A DNA stretch of 64,000 bases from Bacteroidia bacterium. GTDB taxonomy: Bacteria > Bacteroidota > Bacteroidia > SXHM01. Positions 39,972-48,950 of the stretch are shown here, in pieces; position 1 is the stretch's first letter, and every line of letters begins with the position of its first letter. The position numbers and the translations under genes were made by a program. The stretch is taken from positions 18,096-82,095 of the forward strand of contig JBFWYU010000019.1 of NCBI GenBank assembly GCA_050186075.1. The letters run 5' to 3'. The notes beneath the pieces were generated by a model. It did not search any database. It worked only from the letters and a program-made list of their open reading frames with translations, and was not told the DNA's origin.

Positions 39972-40667
39972 ATGGCAGACTTTGTAAAAGACAACGACCT
40001 GCAATTCGCTTTGCAGTATAAAAATTTCAGCGACAAGGTAACCAGTGCAACCTACGCTGCATTGTTCGGGCTAAGCGCAACCGAAATTGCCGCCATACAG
40101 GCAGATGCTGAATGGGCTACCTATGTAATTACGCGCCACAACACGGTGCCCAACTATTCGCAGGACTGGACAAAACTTAAAAACCAGCTTCGCTACGGAG
40201 GCGATGGACTTACCATGCCGCCATTTCCCGTAGCGCCCGATGTATCAACCCCGCCTGTGATGCCCGCTGTGCCAAACATTGAAGGTCGCCTGCGCTCGCG
40301 TGCCGCCACCCTTAAAGCACACCCCAACTACAGCAAAGCCATAGGCGAAGACCTGCAAATTGAAGCCCCCGAATCAAGCGTAGATTACAGCACCTACAAG
40401 CCCGAATTTACACTGGAAATAGCAGGCGGACAGGTTTTGATAAAATGGAAAAAACTGAAAGCCGATGGCATAAACATTTACCGCAAAAAAGGCAGCGGGG
40501 CATGGGAAAAAATTGATTTTGACCTCAAGCCCAACTACCTTGATAAAAGCCCATCGCCCCCCGAAGGCACTACCGAACAATGGAGCTACCGTCTGCGCTA
40601 CTTTAAAAATGAAGTGGAAGTTGGCGAAATGAGTATTGAGCAAACCATTAAAGTGGTGGGCATTTAA
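39972..40667 (+). CDS. Uncharacterised cytoplasmic protein: helical N-domain, Pro-rich linker, Fn3/Ig-like C-domain
   Basis: No signal peptide; LKAHPNYSKAIGEDLQI segment; C-terminal beta pattern IKW, INIYRK, WSYRLRY, VGEMS. Confidence 0.75.
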   Translation: MADFVKDNDLQFALQYKNFSDKVTSATYAALFGLSATEIAAIQADAEWATYVITRHNTVPNYSQDWTKLKNQLRYGGDGLTMPPFPVAPDVSTPPVMPAVPNIEGRLRSRAATLKAHPNYSKAIGEDLQIEAPESSVDYSTYKPEFTLEIAGGQVLIKWKKLKADGINIYRKKGSGAWEKIDFDLKPNYLDKSPSPPEGTTEQWSYRLRYFKNEVEVGEMSIEQTIKVVGI

Positions 40668-40672
40668 AAAAA

Positions 40673-40804
40673 ATGGATGAATTAGCGCAAATGGAAACAG
40701 GAGTGCAAGTGCTCTACTGGTGCTTTGCAGTTTACTTTGCGCTACTTCATCTTATTATTATAGGCGGCTGGATATGGCGTTATAATAATGAAAGAAAAAG
40801 ATAA
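40673..40804 (+). CDS. Small single-TM peptide (43 aa, or 37 aa from ATG 40691)
   Basis: Hand translation MDELAQMETGVQVLYWCFAVYFALLHLIIIGGWIWRYNNERKR; lies between the 40667 stop and a terminator. Confidence 0.55.
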   Translation: MDELAQMETGVQVLYWCFAVYFALLHLIIIGGWIWRYNNERKR

Positions 40805-40840
40805 AAATCCCCTCTTCTTTTTGAAGAAGAGGGGATTTTT
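40803..40840 (+). terminator. Intrinsic terminator
   Basis: AAAAATCCCCTCTTCTT-tttg-AAGAAGAGGGGATTTTT. Confidence 0.85.
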
Positions 40841-40871
40841 ATTATAATTGCTAAACATTAAAACCAAAACT

Positions 40872-41534
40872 ATGAAAAGACAATTATCAGCCATAGGAAC
40901 ACTGTTAGCTTTTGCATTTGCAATAAGTTCATGCAACTCAGCTGCCGATAAAACCAACAAAACGGACTTAGAAGAAAAGCCCGTTACTCATCAAGGCGGT
41001 TGGTTTAAAGCAGGCAGCGACCCTCAGTATTATACTATGGGAATTGTTACGGGTGCCGGCAGAGATGGTAAAAATACAGGGGGAATTAAATCCAATGAAA
41101 ATAAAATTAATGGCTTCGGCACCTATATGCAAACGTGCTTAGCAGATAACTACAAAGGAAAGCGTATTAAAATGACAGGCTATGTGAAAACAGAAAATGT
41201 TTCTGATTGGGCAGGTCTTTGGCTGCGTGTTGATGTGGATACTGCTTTTGTTGCGTTTGACAACATGCATGATGGCAAAAAGAAGAGGTCAATCACCGGT
41301 ACAACAGAATGGACGATGTATGAAATTGTATTGGATGTACCTGCAAATTCAACAACTATTAATTTCGGTGCATTGCTTGTAGGAACAGGTGAAATTTGGT
41401 TTGATGATATAAGCTTTACAGAAGTTGATAATTCTGTTGAAACAACAGGAATCACAACACCCTATGACTTACAAAATCCGCCTAAACCTTTTACACAAGT
41501 AACCGAACCATATAATCTGGACTTTGAAAGTTAG
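40872..41534 (+). CDS. Lipoprotein with a galactose-binding/CBM-like jelly-roll domain
   Basis: Lipobox ISS-C; YKGKRIKMTGYVKT, WAGLWLRVD, FDNM, GTTEW, GEIWFDD. Confidence 0.7.
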   Translation: MKRQLSAIGTLLAFAFAISSCNSAADKTNKTDLEEKPVTHQGGWFKAGSDPQYYTMGIVTGAGRDGKNTGGIKSNENKINGFGTYMQTCLADNYKGKRIKMTGYVKTENVSDWAGLWLRVDVDTAFVAFDNMHDGKKKRSITGTTEWTMYEIVLDVPANSTTINFGALLVGTGEIWFDDISFTEVDNSVETTGITTPYDLQNPPKPFTQVTEPYNLDFES

Positions 41535-41617
41535 TGAATAATCCCTGGCTAAGCGCAATTTGCAATTGCGCTTGGAACATAAAGGAATTTATAATTCCGC
41601 TTAACCACATAAAAAAG

Positions 41618-41650
41618 AGAAGCCCCGCGCCTAAGGCGAGGGGCTTTTGC
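41618..41650. terminator. Hairpin/terminator with CGCCTAAGGCG core
   Basis: AGAAGCCCCGCGCCTAAGGCGAGGGGCTTTTG. Confidence 0.65.
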
Positions 41651-41685
41651 TTTTTATAAACCCGTATATTTGCCGCCTTTCCCTG

Positions 41686-43494
41686 ATGAAACACCTCTTC
41701 TACCTCAATAAATATTTTCTTCGTTATAAATGGTTGCTCGGCATGGGCATTCTGTTTGTAACCATTTCTAACCTGTTTGCCATTTTTCCGGCACAGATTA
41801 TACGCCATGCCTTTGATGTGGTGGCCGAAACCATTAGTATTTACCAACTCTTCAAAGGCTTTGAAATGCAAAGCCCTCTGTATGATTTGCTGGCAAAAAC
41901 GCTGCTCATCTTCGGGATGGTTGTGTTGGCGCTTGCCCTGCTCAAAGGCGTGTTTATGTTCTTTATGCGGCAAACCATTATTGTTATGTCGCGCCACATT
42001 GAGTATGACATGAAGAATGATATTTATGAGCAGTACCAGAAACTGAGCCTTGCCTTTTTCAAGCGCAACAATACAGGCGACCTGATGGCCCGCATCAGCG
42101 AAGATGTAAGCCGTGCGCGGATGTATGTTGGTCCTGCCATTATGTATTCCATCAACCTGGTGGTGCTGGCGGTGCTGTGCATCTGGGCCATGCTCAGCGT
42201 AAATGTGGAACTAACTTTATTTGTGCTGCTGCCCCTCCCCTTTCTTTCCATTGCCATCTATTATGTAAGCACCATGATAGACCAAAAAAGCGAACAGGTG
42301 CAGGCTCAGCTTTCGCGGCTTTCCACCTTTGTGCAGGAAACCTTTTCGGGTATCCGTGTAATTAAAGCCTACACCCGCGAAAAAGAAATGGAGCAGGAAT
42401 TTGTTAAGGAAACCAATGAGTATAAAGACAAGAGCATGGAGCTGGTGCGCATCAACTCGCTCTTTTTCCCCATTATGCTTTTGCTGATTGGATTAAGTAC
42501 CCTGCTTACTATTTACATTGGCGGCAAGCAGGTTATTGCCGGAAAAATAACTTCGGGAAACATTGCCGAGTTTATCATCTACATCAACATGCTTACCTGG
42601 CCGTTTACCGCAGTGGGCTGGGTTACTTCCATTATCCAACGTGCGGCAGCCTCACAACGCAGGATCAATGAATTTATGCTGATGAAGCCCGAAATAGAAA
42701 ATCCATCCACGCAAGCCACGGAGGTGAAAGGCGAGATTGTTTTTGATAACGTAAGCTTTGTTTATCCCGATTCGGGAATACAGGCGTTGAAGAATGTATC
42801 GTTTAAGGTAGAGCCCGGAAAGTCATTAGCCGTAATCGGTCGCACCGGCTCAGGTAAGTCAACCATTGCCGCCCTTATTACCCGCCTTTACGATACCACA
42901 CAAGGCAGCATTTTTATTGACGGCAAAAACATACGCGAAAGCAATCTGTATCAATTGCGCAAACAAACAGGCTATGTTCCGCAGGAAGTTTTTCTGTTCT
43001 CCGACAATGTGTTTAACAACATTGCCTTTGGCATTAAGCCCGAAAGTTTTTCGGGCAGCCTGAAAGAAGCCGTTGAGCAGGCAGCAAAAGATGCCGCAGT
43101 ATATGACAACATCATCGATTTCCCTGCAAAATTTGATACCATGCTGGGCGAAAGAGGTATTACCCTCTCAGGCGGACAGAAGCAGCGGGTTTCCATTGCC
43201 CGCGCCATTATCCAAAACCCGCGCATCCTTATTTTTGATGATTGCCTGAGTGCGGTGGATACCGAAACCGAAGAAGTAATATTGGGCAACCTGCGCAGGA
43301 TTATGAAAGGAAAAACATCGGTTATTATCAGCCACCGCGTTTCGTCCGTTAAAGATGCTGATACTATTATAGTATTGGATGGCGGAGAAATTATTGAGCG
43401 CGGAACGCATCAGGACCTGATGCAATCAAAAGGCGCTTACTACGAACTTTATCAGAAACAACTGCTGGAAGAAGAGAAAACGGAAGCGGCTTAG
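41686..43494 (+). CDS. ABC exporter, fused permease/ATPase (MdlA-like)
   Basis: TM domain, Walker A GRTGSGKST, LSGGQKQR, DDCLSAVD; start ATG 41686 after TATATTTG promoter motif. Confidence 0.93.
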   Translation: MKHLFYLNKYFLRYKWLLGMGILFVTISNLFAIFPAQIIRHAFDVVAETISIYQLFKGFEMQSPLYDLLAKTLLIFGMVVLALALLKGVFMFFMRQTIIVMSRHIEYDMKNDIYEQYQKLSLAFFKRNNTGDLMARISEDVSRARMYVGPAIMYSINLVVLAVLCIWAMLSVNVELTLFVLLPLPFLSIAIYYVSTMIDQKSEQVQAQLSRLSTFVQETFSGIRVIKAYTREKEMEQEFVKETNEYKDKSMELVRINSLFFPIMLLLIGLSTLLTIYIGGKQVIAGKITSGNIAEFIIYINMLTWPFTAVGWVTSIIQRAAASQRRINEFMLMKPEIENPSTQATEVKGEIVFDNVSFVYPDSGIQALKNVSFKVEPGKSLAVIGRTGSGKSTIAALITRLYDTTQGSIFIDGKNIRESNLYQLRKQTGYVPQEVFLFSDNVFNNIAFGIKPESFSGSLKEAVEQAAKDAAVYDNIIDFPAKFDTMLGERGITLSGGQKQRVSIARAIIQNPRILIFDDCLSAVDTETEEVILGNLRRIMKGKTSVIISHRVSSVKDADTIIVLDGGEIIERGTHQDLMQSKGAYYELYQKQLLEEEKTEAA

Positions 43495-43495
43495 C

Positions 43496-43535
43496 TGTCA
43501 CCTTGAGCGTTCCCGATAGCTATCGGGACGAAGGG
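43496..43535. repeat. REP-like element carrying an inserted 18-bp palindrome
   Basis: TGTCACCTTGAGCGT[TCCCGATAGCTATCGGGA]CGAAGGG. Confidence 0.75.
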
Positions 43536-43544
43536 CTGGAACAT

Positions 43545-43580
43545 AAAAAAAGCGTCCCGCCTGAGGCGGGACGCTTTTTT
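43545..43580. terminator. Bidirectional terminator with CGCCTGAGGCG core
   Basis: AAAAAAAGCGTCCCGCCTGAGGCGGGACGCTTTTTT between convergent genes. Confidence 0.88.
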
Positions 43581-43597
43581 ATTTTATTGAAGTTAAT

Positions 43598-43882
43598 CTA
43601 TCCTTCAGTAGTTGTTTCAGGTCTTGCAGACTCAGTACGACCTTTGTAACGGTTACGGAATTTATCAACGCGACCGGCAGTGTCAACCAGTTTCATTTTA
43701 CCTGTATAGAACGGGTGAGATTTGTCTGAAATCTCTAATTTCACTAATGGATACTCATTACCGTCTTCGTGAACTATTGTTTCTTTTGTTTCAACAGTAG
43801 AGCGGCAAACGAATGAATAATCAACCGACATGTCTTTAAATACAACAAGTCTGTAGTTAGCTGGGTGTAATTCTTTTTTCAT
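43598..43882 (-). CDS. rpmE2: 50S ribosomal protein L31 type B
   Basis: [42 protein letters not shown]; start ATG 43882. Confidence 0.93.
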   Translation of the reverse strand: MKKELHPANYRLVVFKDMSVDYSFVCRSTVETKETIVHEDGNEYPLVKLEISDKSHPFYTGKMKLVDTAGRVDKFRNRYKGRTESARPETTTEG

Positions 43883-44014
43883 CTTCTTATTTTTTAGAGG
43901 GCGCAAATATAGATATTTCATTTTACTTGCCAAATATATTTACTTGCCAAGACATAAATATTCGGTGTCTTATTCAGGAAAAAATATATTTTTGCGCCCT
44001 CAATTATCAAAAAC

Positions 44015-44695
44015 ATGGCAAAAGTAAAGGAAAACGAAGAAGTAATTATCAATGTAGAAAGCGCTTACGACAAAACTGAGCAGTTTTTTGAGGACAATCA
44101 GAAAATTATTCTGGGTGTTGTGGCTGCCATCATTGTAATTATTGGCGGTTATGTGGGCTATAAAAAATTCATTATTGCCCCTAAACAAGCCGAAGCGGCT
44201 TCTCAGATGTTCCGTGCCGAGCAGTATTTTCAACAGGATTCTTTCCGCATTGCTTTGGATGGAAAAGGACAATACCCCGGTTTTCTTCAAATTATTGATG
44301 ACTACAGCATGACCGATGCTGCCAACCTTTCTTATTATTATGCAGGTGTTAGCTACTTACACCTTGGCGAATACGAAAATGCTATTGAATACTTAGGCAA
44401 ATTTGATTCAGATGATGAAGTGCTGAGTGTTATTGCTGAAGGTGCAACAGGTGATGCTTACATGGAATTGGGCGAAACCGATAAAGCCATCAGTGCATAC
44501 ATAGCAGCTGCTGACGAGAACAACAACAAATTCACTTCACCTGTTTACCTGATGAAAGCCGCACAGGCACTTGAAGGTAAAGGCGAAACTGAAAAAGCAG
44601 TGAAACTTTATGAGCGTCTGGAAAAAGAATTTCCAACTTCAAACGAAGGTCGCTCTGCTGAAAAGTATAAAGCAAGAGCGAAAGCATCTTTATAA
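44015..44695 (+). CDS. Membrane-anchored TPR protein (YfgM-like)
   Basis: One N-terminal TM helix then TPR helices; upstream of ribH. Confidence 0.8.
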   Translation: MAKVKENEEVIINVESAYDKTEQFFEDNQKIILGVVAAIIVIIGGYVGYKKFIIAPKQAEAASQMFRAEQYFQQDSFRIALDGKGQYPGFLQIIDDYSMTDAANLSYYYAGVSYLHLGEYENAIEYLGKFDSDDEVLSVIAEGATGDAYMELGETDKAISAYIAAADENNNKFTSPVYLMKAAQALEGKGETEKAVKLYERLEKEFPTSNEGRSAEKYKARAKASL

Positions 44696-44704
44696 GCCCT
44701 TCAC

Positions 44705-45202
44705 TTGGCTTCTGCGCTAAAAAACTTATCACAACACGACAGCAGCAAAATTCCTTCTGCAAAAGGAATGCGTTTTGTCCTTGTTGTTTCGGAATGGAAC
44801 GATGAGATTACCTATGCTTTGCGTGATGGAGCAATTGACACACTTGTTAAATACGGAGCAAAAGAGAGAAACATTTCAGTGCATTATGTTCCCGGAAGCT
44901 TTGAACTGACTGCAGGAGCAAAATGGCTTGCAGACACTAAGAAATATGATGCTGTTATCTGCCTCGGTTGTGTGATACAGGGAGAAACCCGCCACTTTGA
45001 TTTTATCTGCAATGCAGTTGCAATAGGACTTACCGACCTGAATACCACTTACAACATCCCGTTTATTTTTGGTGTGCTTACCCCAGAAAACATGCAACAG
45101 GCAAAAGCTCGTGCCGGAGGAAAACATGGTAATAAAGGTGTAGAAGCAGCTGTGACTGCTATTAAAATGGCAGCGTTGCGCTCGTCATTTCCTAAATCCT
45201 AA
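44705..45202 (+). CDS. ribH: 6,7-dimethyl-8-ribityllumazine synthase
   Basis: VPGSFEL, LGCVIQGETRHFDFI, FGVLT, GNKGVEAA. Confidence 0.96.
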   Translation: MASALKNLSQHDSSKIPSAKGMRFVLVVSEWNDEITYALRDGAIDTLVKYGAKERNISVHYVPGSFELTAGAKWLADTKKYDAVICLGCVIQGETRHFDFICNAVAIGLTDLNTTYNIPFIFGVLTPENMQQAKARAGGKHGNKGVEAAVTAIKMAALRSSFPKS

Positions 45203-47100
45203 TACAGAACTCTGAACCTTATCGTGTGGTCAATTTTCTTGAACTCACTGATAACATCTTCATTATACTCTTTATCAATATCTGTAATCAGGTAACCGAT
45301 ATTTCCTGATGTTTTCAGGTACTGACCAAGAATATTAATTCCGTAACGCGCAAAAATGCTGTTGATTTTTGCCATGATACCCGGCACATTTTTGTGCAGG
45401 TGCAACAAACGATGAGCCTTATTTAACTCAGGCAAGGTAAGATTTGGCAGATTTACACTGGTGAAAGAATTTCCTGTGTTAATGTATTTAATGATGTTCT
45501 CGGGAACATAGGCTGCAATATTGCGCTGTGCTTCTTCGGTGCTTCCTCCAACGTGTGGAGTAAGAATGGTATTGGGTAAGCCGCGCAGTTCCGTTTTAAA
45601 TTCTTCATCATTCGTTTTGGGCTCATAGGGGTAAACATCCACTCCTGCTCCTCTTATTTTTCCGTTCTTAATGTATTTCTCCAAAGCTTTAATATCTACC
45701 ACATGCCCGCGACTGAGGTTGAGGAAAATCACACCTTCTTTCATCATTTTAAATTCCTCTTCAGCAATAAGGTTGGTGTTTGTTTCGCTGCCATCAACGT
45801 GCAGGGTAATGATATCAGCTTTTTTGAGTAGCTCACGCAATGAACCGCATTTATATGCATTGCCAAGCGAAAGTTTTTCCACCACATCGTAATACATTAC
45901 CTGCATTCCCAGTGATTCAGCAAGTACAGAAAGTTGTGAACCAATGTTTCCGTAGCCGATTATTCCCAGTTTTTTACCACGAATTTCAAAACTGCCTTTG
46001 GCTGATTTATCCCATTTGCCTTCATGAAGCAATCTGCTTTTATCAGTAATACCGCGTTGCAGCATGATAATTTCACCAAGGGCTAACTCCACCACGCTGC
46101 GGGTATTGCTGTAAGGTGCGTTAAAAACAGCAACACCTTTTTTCAGTGCTTCATCCAAATCAATCTGGTTGGTGCCAATGCAGAATGCGCCAATAGCCAA
46201 TAGCCTGTCGGCATTTTTCAAAACTTCTTTAGTAACCTGCGTTTTGCTGCGAATACCAAGAATAGAAACACCCTTGATAGCTTCTGCAAGTTCAGCTTCA
46301 GTCATTGCTCCATTGCGGGTTTCTACCTGATAGCCTTCTTCTTTGAAAATTTCCAGAGCATCGGCATGTACATTTTCAAGAAGCAAAACTTTGATACGAT
46401 TTTTTGGATACGAAATATTCATGGGCAATTTATTTACGTAAAGAAATTCGTCAAAACTCGGAGTGATATGATCGGCACGATGAAGAATGTTGCTTCGCTC
46501 TATATTTTCGGTATAGGCGAAAAACTTGTGTGCCAGACCGGCTTCGCGCATCTGGTAATCACTGTAGCCATCACCGATTACATATATCTCACCGTCAAGG
46601 TTAAGTTCCTTCAACTGACCAATTTTCCCGTTGGGTTGTGCAAGGTGATTGTTACGATCGAAACCGATGATGTTACCCTCATTATCAAAGGTAAATGTGT
46701 TGGCATACACCCGTTCAGAAGGAATTTTGTATGCTGCAACTATCGGGTCAACGAACTCTTTGAAGCCACCGGAAATAACATAAATATTCTCTGAATTTTT
46801 CAGAAAAAAATCCTTGTTGCTTTTAATGGATTTAGAAATTTTATTCTTCAGTTTCTTAACCAAAACATCCAAATGTTCACGTTTTGCATGGAGCAAAAGA
46901 ATTCTTCGCTCAAGAGATTCAGTAAATGTGATGGTGCCGTCAACACCAAGATCGGTTATGTGACCTATTTCTTTTACAATCTTGTCTTTGTCTTTATTGC
47001 CTTTGAGCGCAATTGCTGCCAGCTCTTCAAAGGCTTCGACTGCAGTGAGCGTGCTATCGAAATCAAAGACGTAGTATTTGGGTTTGGGAACTATCTGCAT
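45199..47100 (-). CDS. serA: D-3-phosphoglycerate dehydrogenase fused to an N-terminal HAD phosphoserine phosphatase
   Basis: N-terminal FDFDSTL, SGGF, IGDGYSD; then FCIGTNQ, GYGNIG, TPHVGGSTEEAQ and an ACT domain. Confidence 0.9.
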   Translation of the reverse strand: MQIVPKPKYYVFDFDSTLTAVEAFEELAAIALKGNKDKDKIVKEIGHITDLGVDGTITFTESLERRILLLHAKREHLDVLVKKLKNKISKSIKSNKDFFLKNSENIYVISGGFKEFVDPIVAAYKIPSERVYANTFTFDNEGNIIGFDRNNHLAQPNGKIGQLKELNLDGEIYVIGDGYSDYQMREAGLAHKFFAYTENIERSNILHRADHITPSFDEFLYVNKLPMNISYPKNRIKVLLLENVHADALEIFKEEGYQVETRNGAMTEAELAEAIKGVSILGIRSKTQVTKEVLKNADRLLAIGAFCIGTNQIDLDEALKKGVAVFNAPYSNTRSVVELALGEIIMLQRGITDKSRLLHEGKWDKSAKGSFEIRGKKLGIIGYGNIGSQLSVLAESLGMQVMYYDVVEKLSLGNAYKCGSLRELLKKADIITLHVDGSETNTNLIAEEEFKMMKEGVIFLNLSRGHVVDIKALEKYIKNGKIRGAGVDVYPYEPKTNDEEFKTELRGLPNTILTPHVGGSTEEAQRNIAAYVPENIIKYINTGNSFTSVNLPNLTLPELNKAHRLLHLHKNVPGIMAKINSIFARYGINILGQYLKTSGNIGYLITDIDKEYNEDVISEFKKIDHTIRFRVLY

Positions 47101-47180
47101 ATGGAGCGCGAAATTACAATTGCAGAAAATCTTTCAAGACAGAACTTTTCCAAAGTTTTAAACTTTGTGAAAATGTGATT

Positions 47181-48404
47181 TTAACTTAGCGCTTCTTCAA
47201 CCACTTTCTCCAACTGTTTCACATCCTTAAAATACGAAAGCAGTTTTTTCAAAACAGCATCTACAATTGCATCAGGACAGGAAGCTCCGCTTGTTAAGAC
47301 AATATTTACTTTATCTTTTTCGGGTAGAAAGTTTTGCGAAATTTTTATTTCGTGTGTATGAAAATTGCAGTGACGTATCTCAGCTTGTGAAAGAATTTCT
47401 TTTTCAGAACTGATAAAATAAGTGGGGAATTTACGTTCGCACAACTCAACCAAATGTGATGTATTGGAGCTATTATAACCACCTACTACTATTGCTAAAT
47501 CTGCATCCTGCTCCAATAAACCGTAAGTGGCCTGCTGATTATCGTTAGTGGCATAGCAAAGCGTGTCACGGGTGTCGGCAAAATGATTTTTCAAATCTGT
47601 TTCACCAAATTTCTGAAGCATTATATTTTTGAGGTAATCAGCAATCTCTTGTGTTTCGGTGGCAAGCATGGTGGTTTGGTTTACTACACCAATTCTTGAC
47701 AAATCTTTTTCAGGATTAAAATTCAAGGACGAACGGCTGCGGAAATGTTTATCAAATTCTGAAAGAGGGAGCTTTCCGAGAATAATGTCACCCAGAATTT
47801 TCGTTTCTTCAATATTCTTTACAACCAATGTTGGTGCGGTCTGATTACTATGCGAAAACGTAGCCCGAGTTTCTTCGTGATTCGATTTCCCGTGAATAAT
47901 AATGGTATGATTTTCCTGACCGAGTTTTTCGGATTTTTTCCAAACGCGCTCGACAAAAGGACAAGTGGTGTTGTAGGTTTGGGGATTTACTCCTATTTCG
48001 TTCAGCTTTTTCTCAATTTCGAGAGTTGTACCAAAAGCAGGTATGATGACAATATCATCACTTTTCAATTCGCTCCACGGAATGAATTGTTTGCCTTCGG
48101 TATCCATGATGAACTTTATCCCGCGTTGTTGTAAATCATTGTTCACATCAGGATTATGTATCATTTGACTTAAAAGGAAAATGCGCTTATCCGGATTTTC
48201 TTCCAAAGCACGGTAAGAGATTTCAATCGCATTTTCCACTCCGTAACAAAAGCCAAAATGGCGAGCAATATAAAAACGCACAGGGCCAAAATCAAGAACA
48301 GTTGGTGTAAAATCTTTTTTGCGCGGATCGCTGTCTTTGCGATTTTCCTTTATAGCACCAATTACGGAAGAGCGGTAAAAGGCAGGTATATTAAACTCTT
48401 TCAT
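47181..48404 (-). CDS. ispH: 4-hydroxy-3-methylbut-2-enyl diphosphate reductase
   Basis: GFCYGV, TTCPFV, TLCYAT, GGYNSSNT, TSGASCP. Confidence 0.95.
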   Translation of the reverse strand: MKEFNIPAFYRSSVIGAIKENRKDSDPRKKDFTPTVLDFGPVRFYIARHFGFCYGVENAIEISYRALEENPDKRIFLLSQMIHNPDVNNDLQQRGIKFIMDTEGKQFIPWSELKSDDIVIIPAFGTTLEIEKKLNEIGVNPQTYNTTCPFVERVWKKSEKLGQENHTIIIHGKSNHEETRATFSHSNQTAPTLVVKNIEETKILGDIILGKLPLSEFDKHFRSRSSLNFNPEKDLSRIGVVNQTTMLATETQEIADYLKNIMLQKFGETDLKNHFADTRDTLCYATNDNQQATYGLLEQDADLAIVVGGYNSSNTSHLVELCERKFPTYFISSEKEILSQAEIRHCNFHTHEIKISQNFLPEKDKVNIVLTSGASCPDAIVDAVLKKLLSYFKDVKQLEKVVEEALS

Positions 48405-48532
48405 TTAGGGACAAAATTACAGGAAGAAAATAAATGCAAGAATAAATATCACAACCATTGCTACTAAAGTCCACAACATATCATTCTGGATATAAACCTT
48501 GTATTCTTCCCAGAACTTCTTCAGGTCATTCT

Positions 48533-48859
48533 TCATTTTAACTTCGGATTGTTTTTGTGACGTTCACTGTCGCGCTTGGTTTTCTTTTCAAGATTTTTAT
48601 TGAGTTCTGTTGTTAAGTCAACTCCTGTCTGATTGGCAATACACAATACAACAAATAAAACATCTGCCAATTCTTCACCCAGTTCGTGCTTTTTGTCGCT
48701 TTCCTTGAAACTTTGTTCACCGTATTTGCGTGCCATTATGCGGGCAACTTCACCCACTTCTTCGGTAAGAATAGCCATATTGGTAAGCTCGTTGTAATAA
48801 CGCACTCCTGTGGTTTTTATCCATTCATCAACGGTTTGCTGGGCTTGAGAAATAGTCAT
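48533..48859 (-). CDS. MazG-like nucleotide pyrophosphohydrolase
   Basis: LTEEVGEVAR, EELADVLFV. Confidence 0.9.
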   Translation of the reverse strand: MTISQAQQTVDEWIKTTGVRYYNELTNMAILTEEVGEVARIMARKYGEQSFKESDKKHELGEELADVLFVVLCIANQTGVDLTTELNKNLEKKTKRDSERHKNNPKLK

Positions 48860-48950
48860 TATCAGTTTTTTGTGCAAAGGTAAAAAAGCTAACTTTGGTC
48901 AGTTAAATATTATTTACAGCAAAAGCGCATAATGCGCAACAATTTACATA

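Noticed and set aside
41491-41997. Antisense and nested ORFs in the track (this one, 1246-1758, 38800-39252, 56538-56996 and similar)
   Set aside because: They overlap well-supported genes and show no recognisable motifs.
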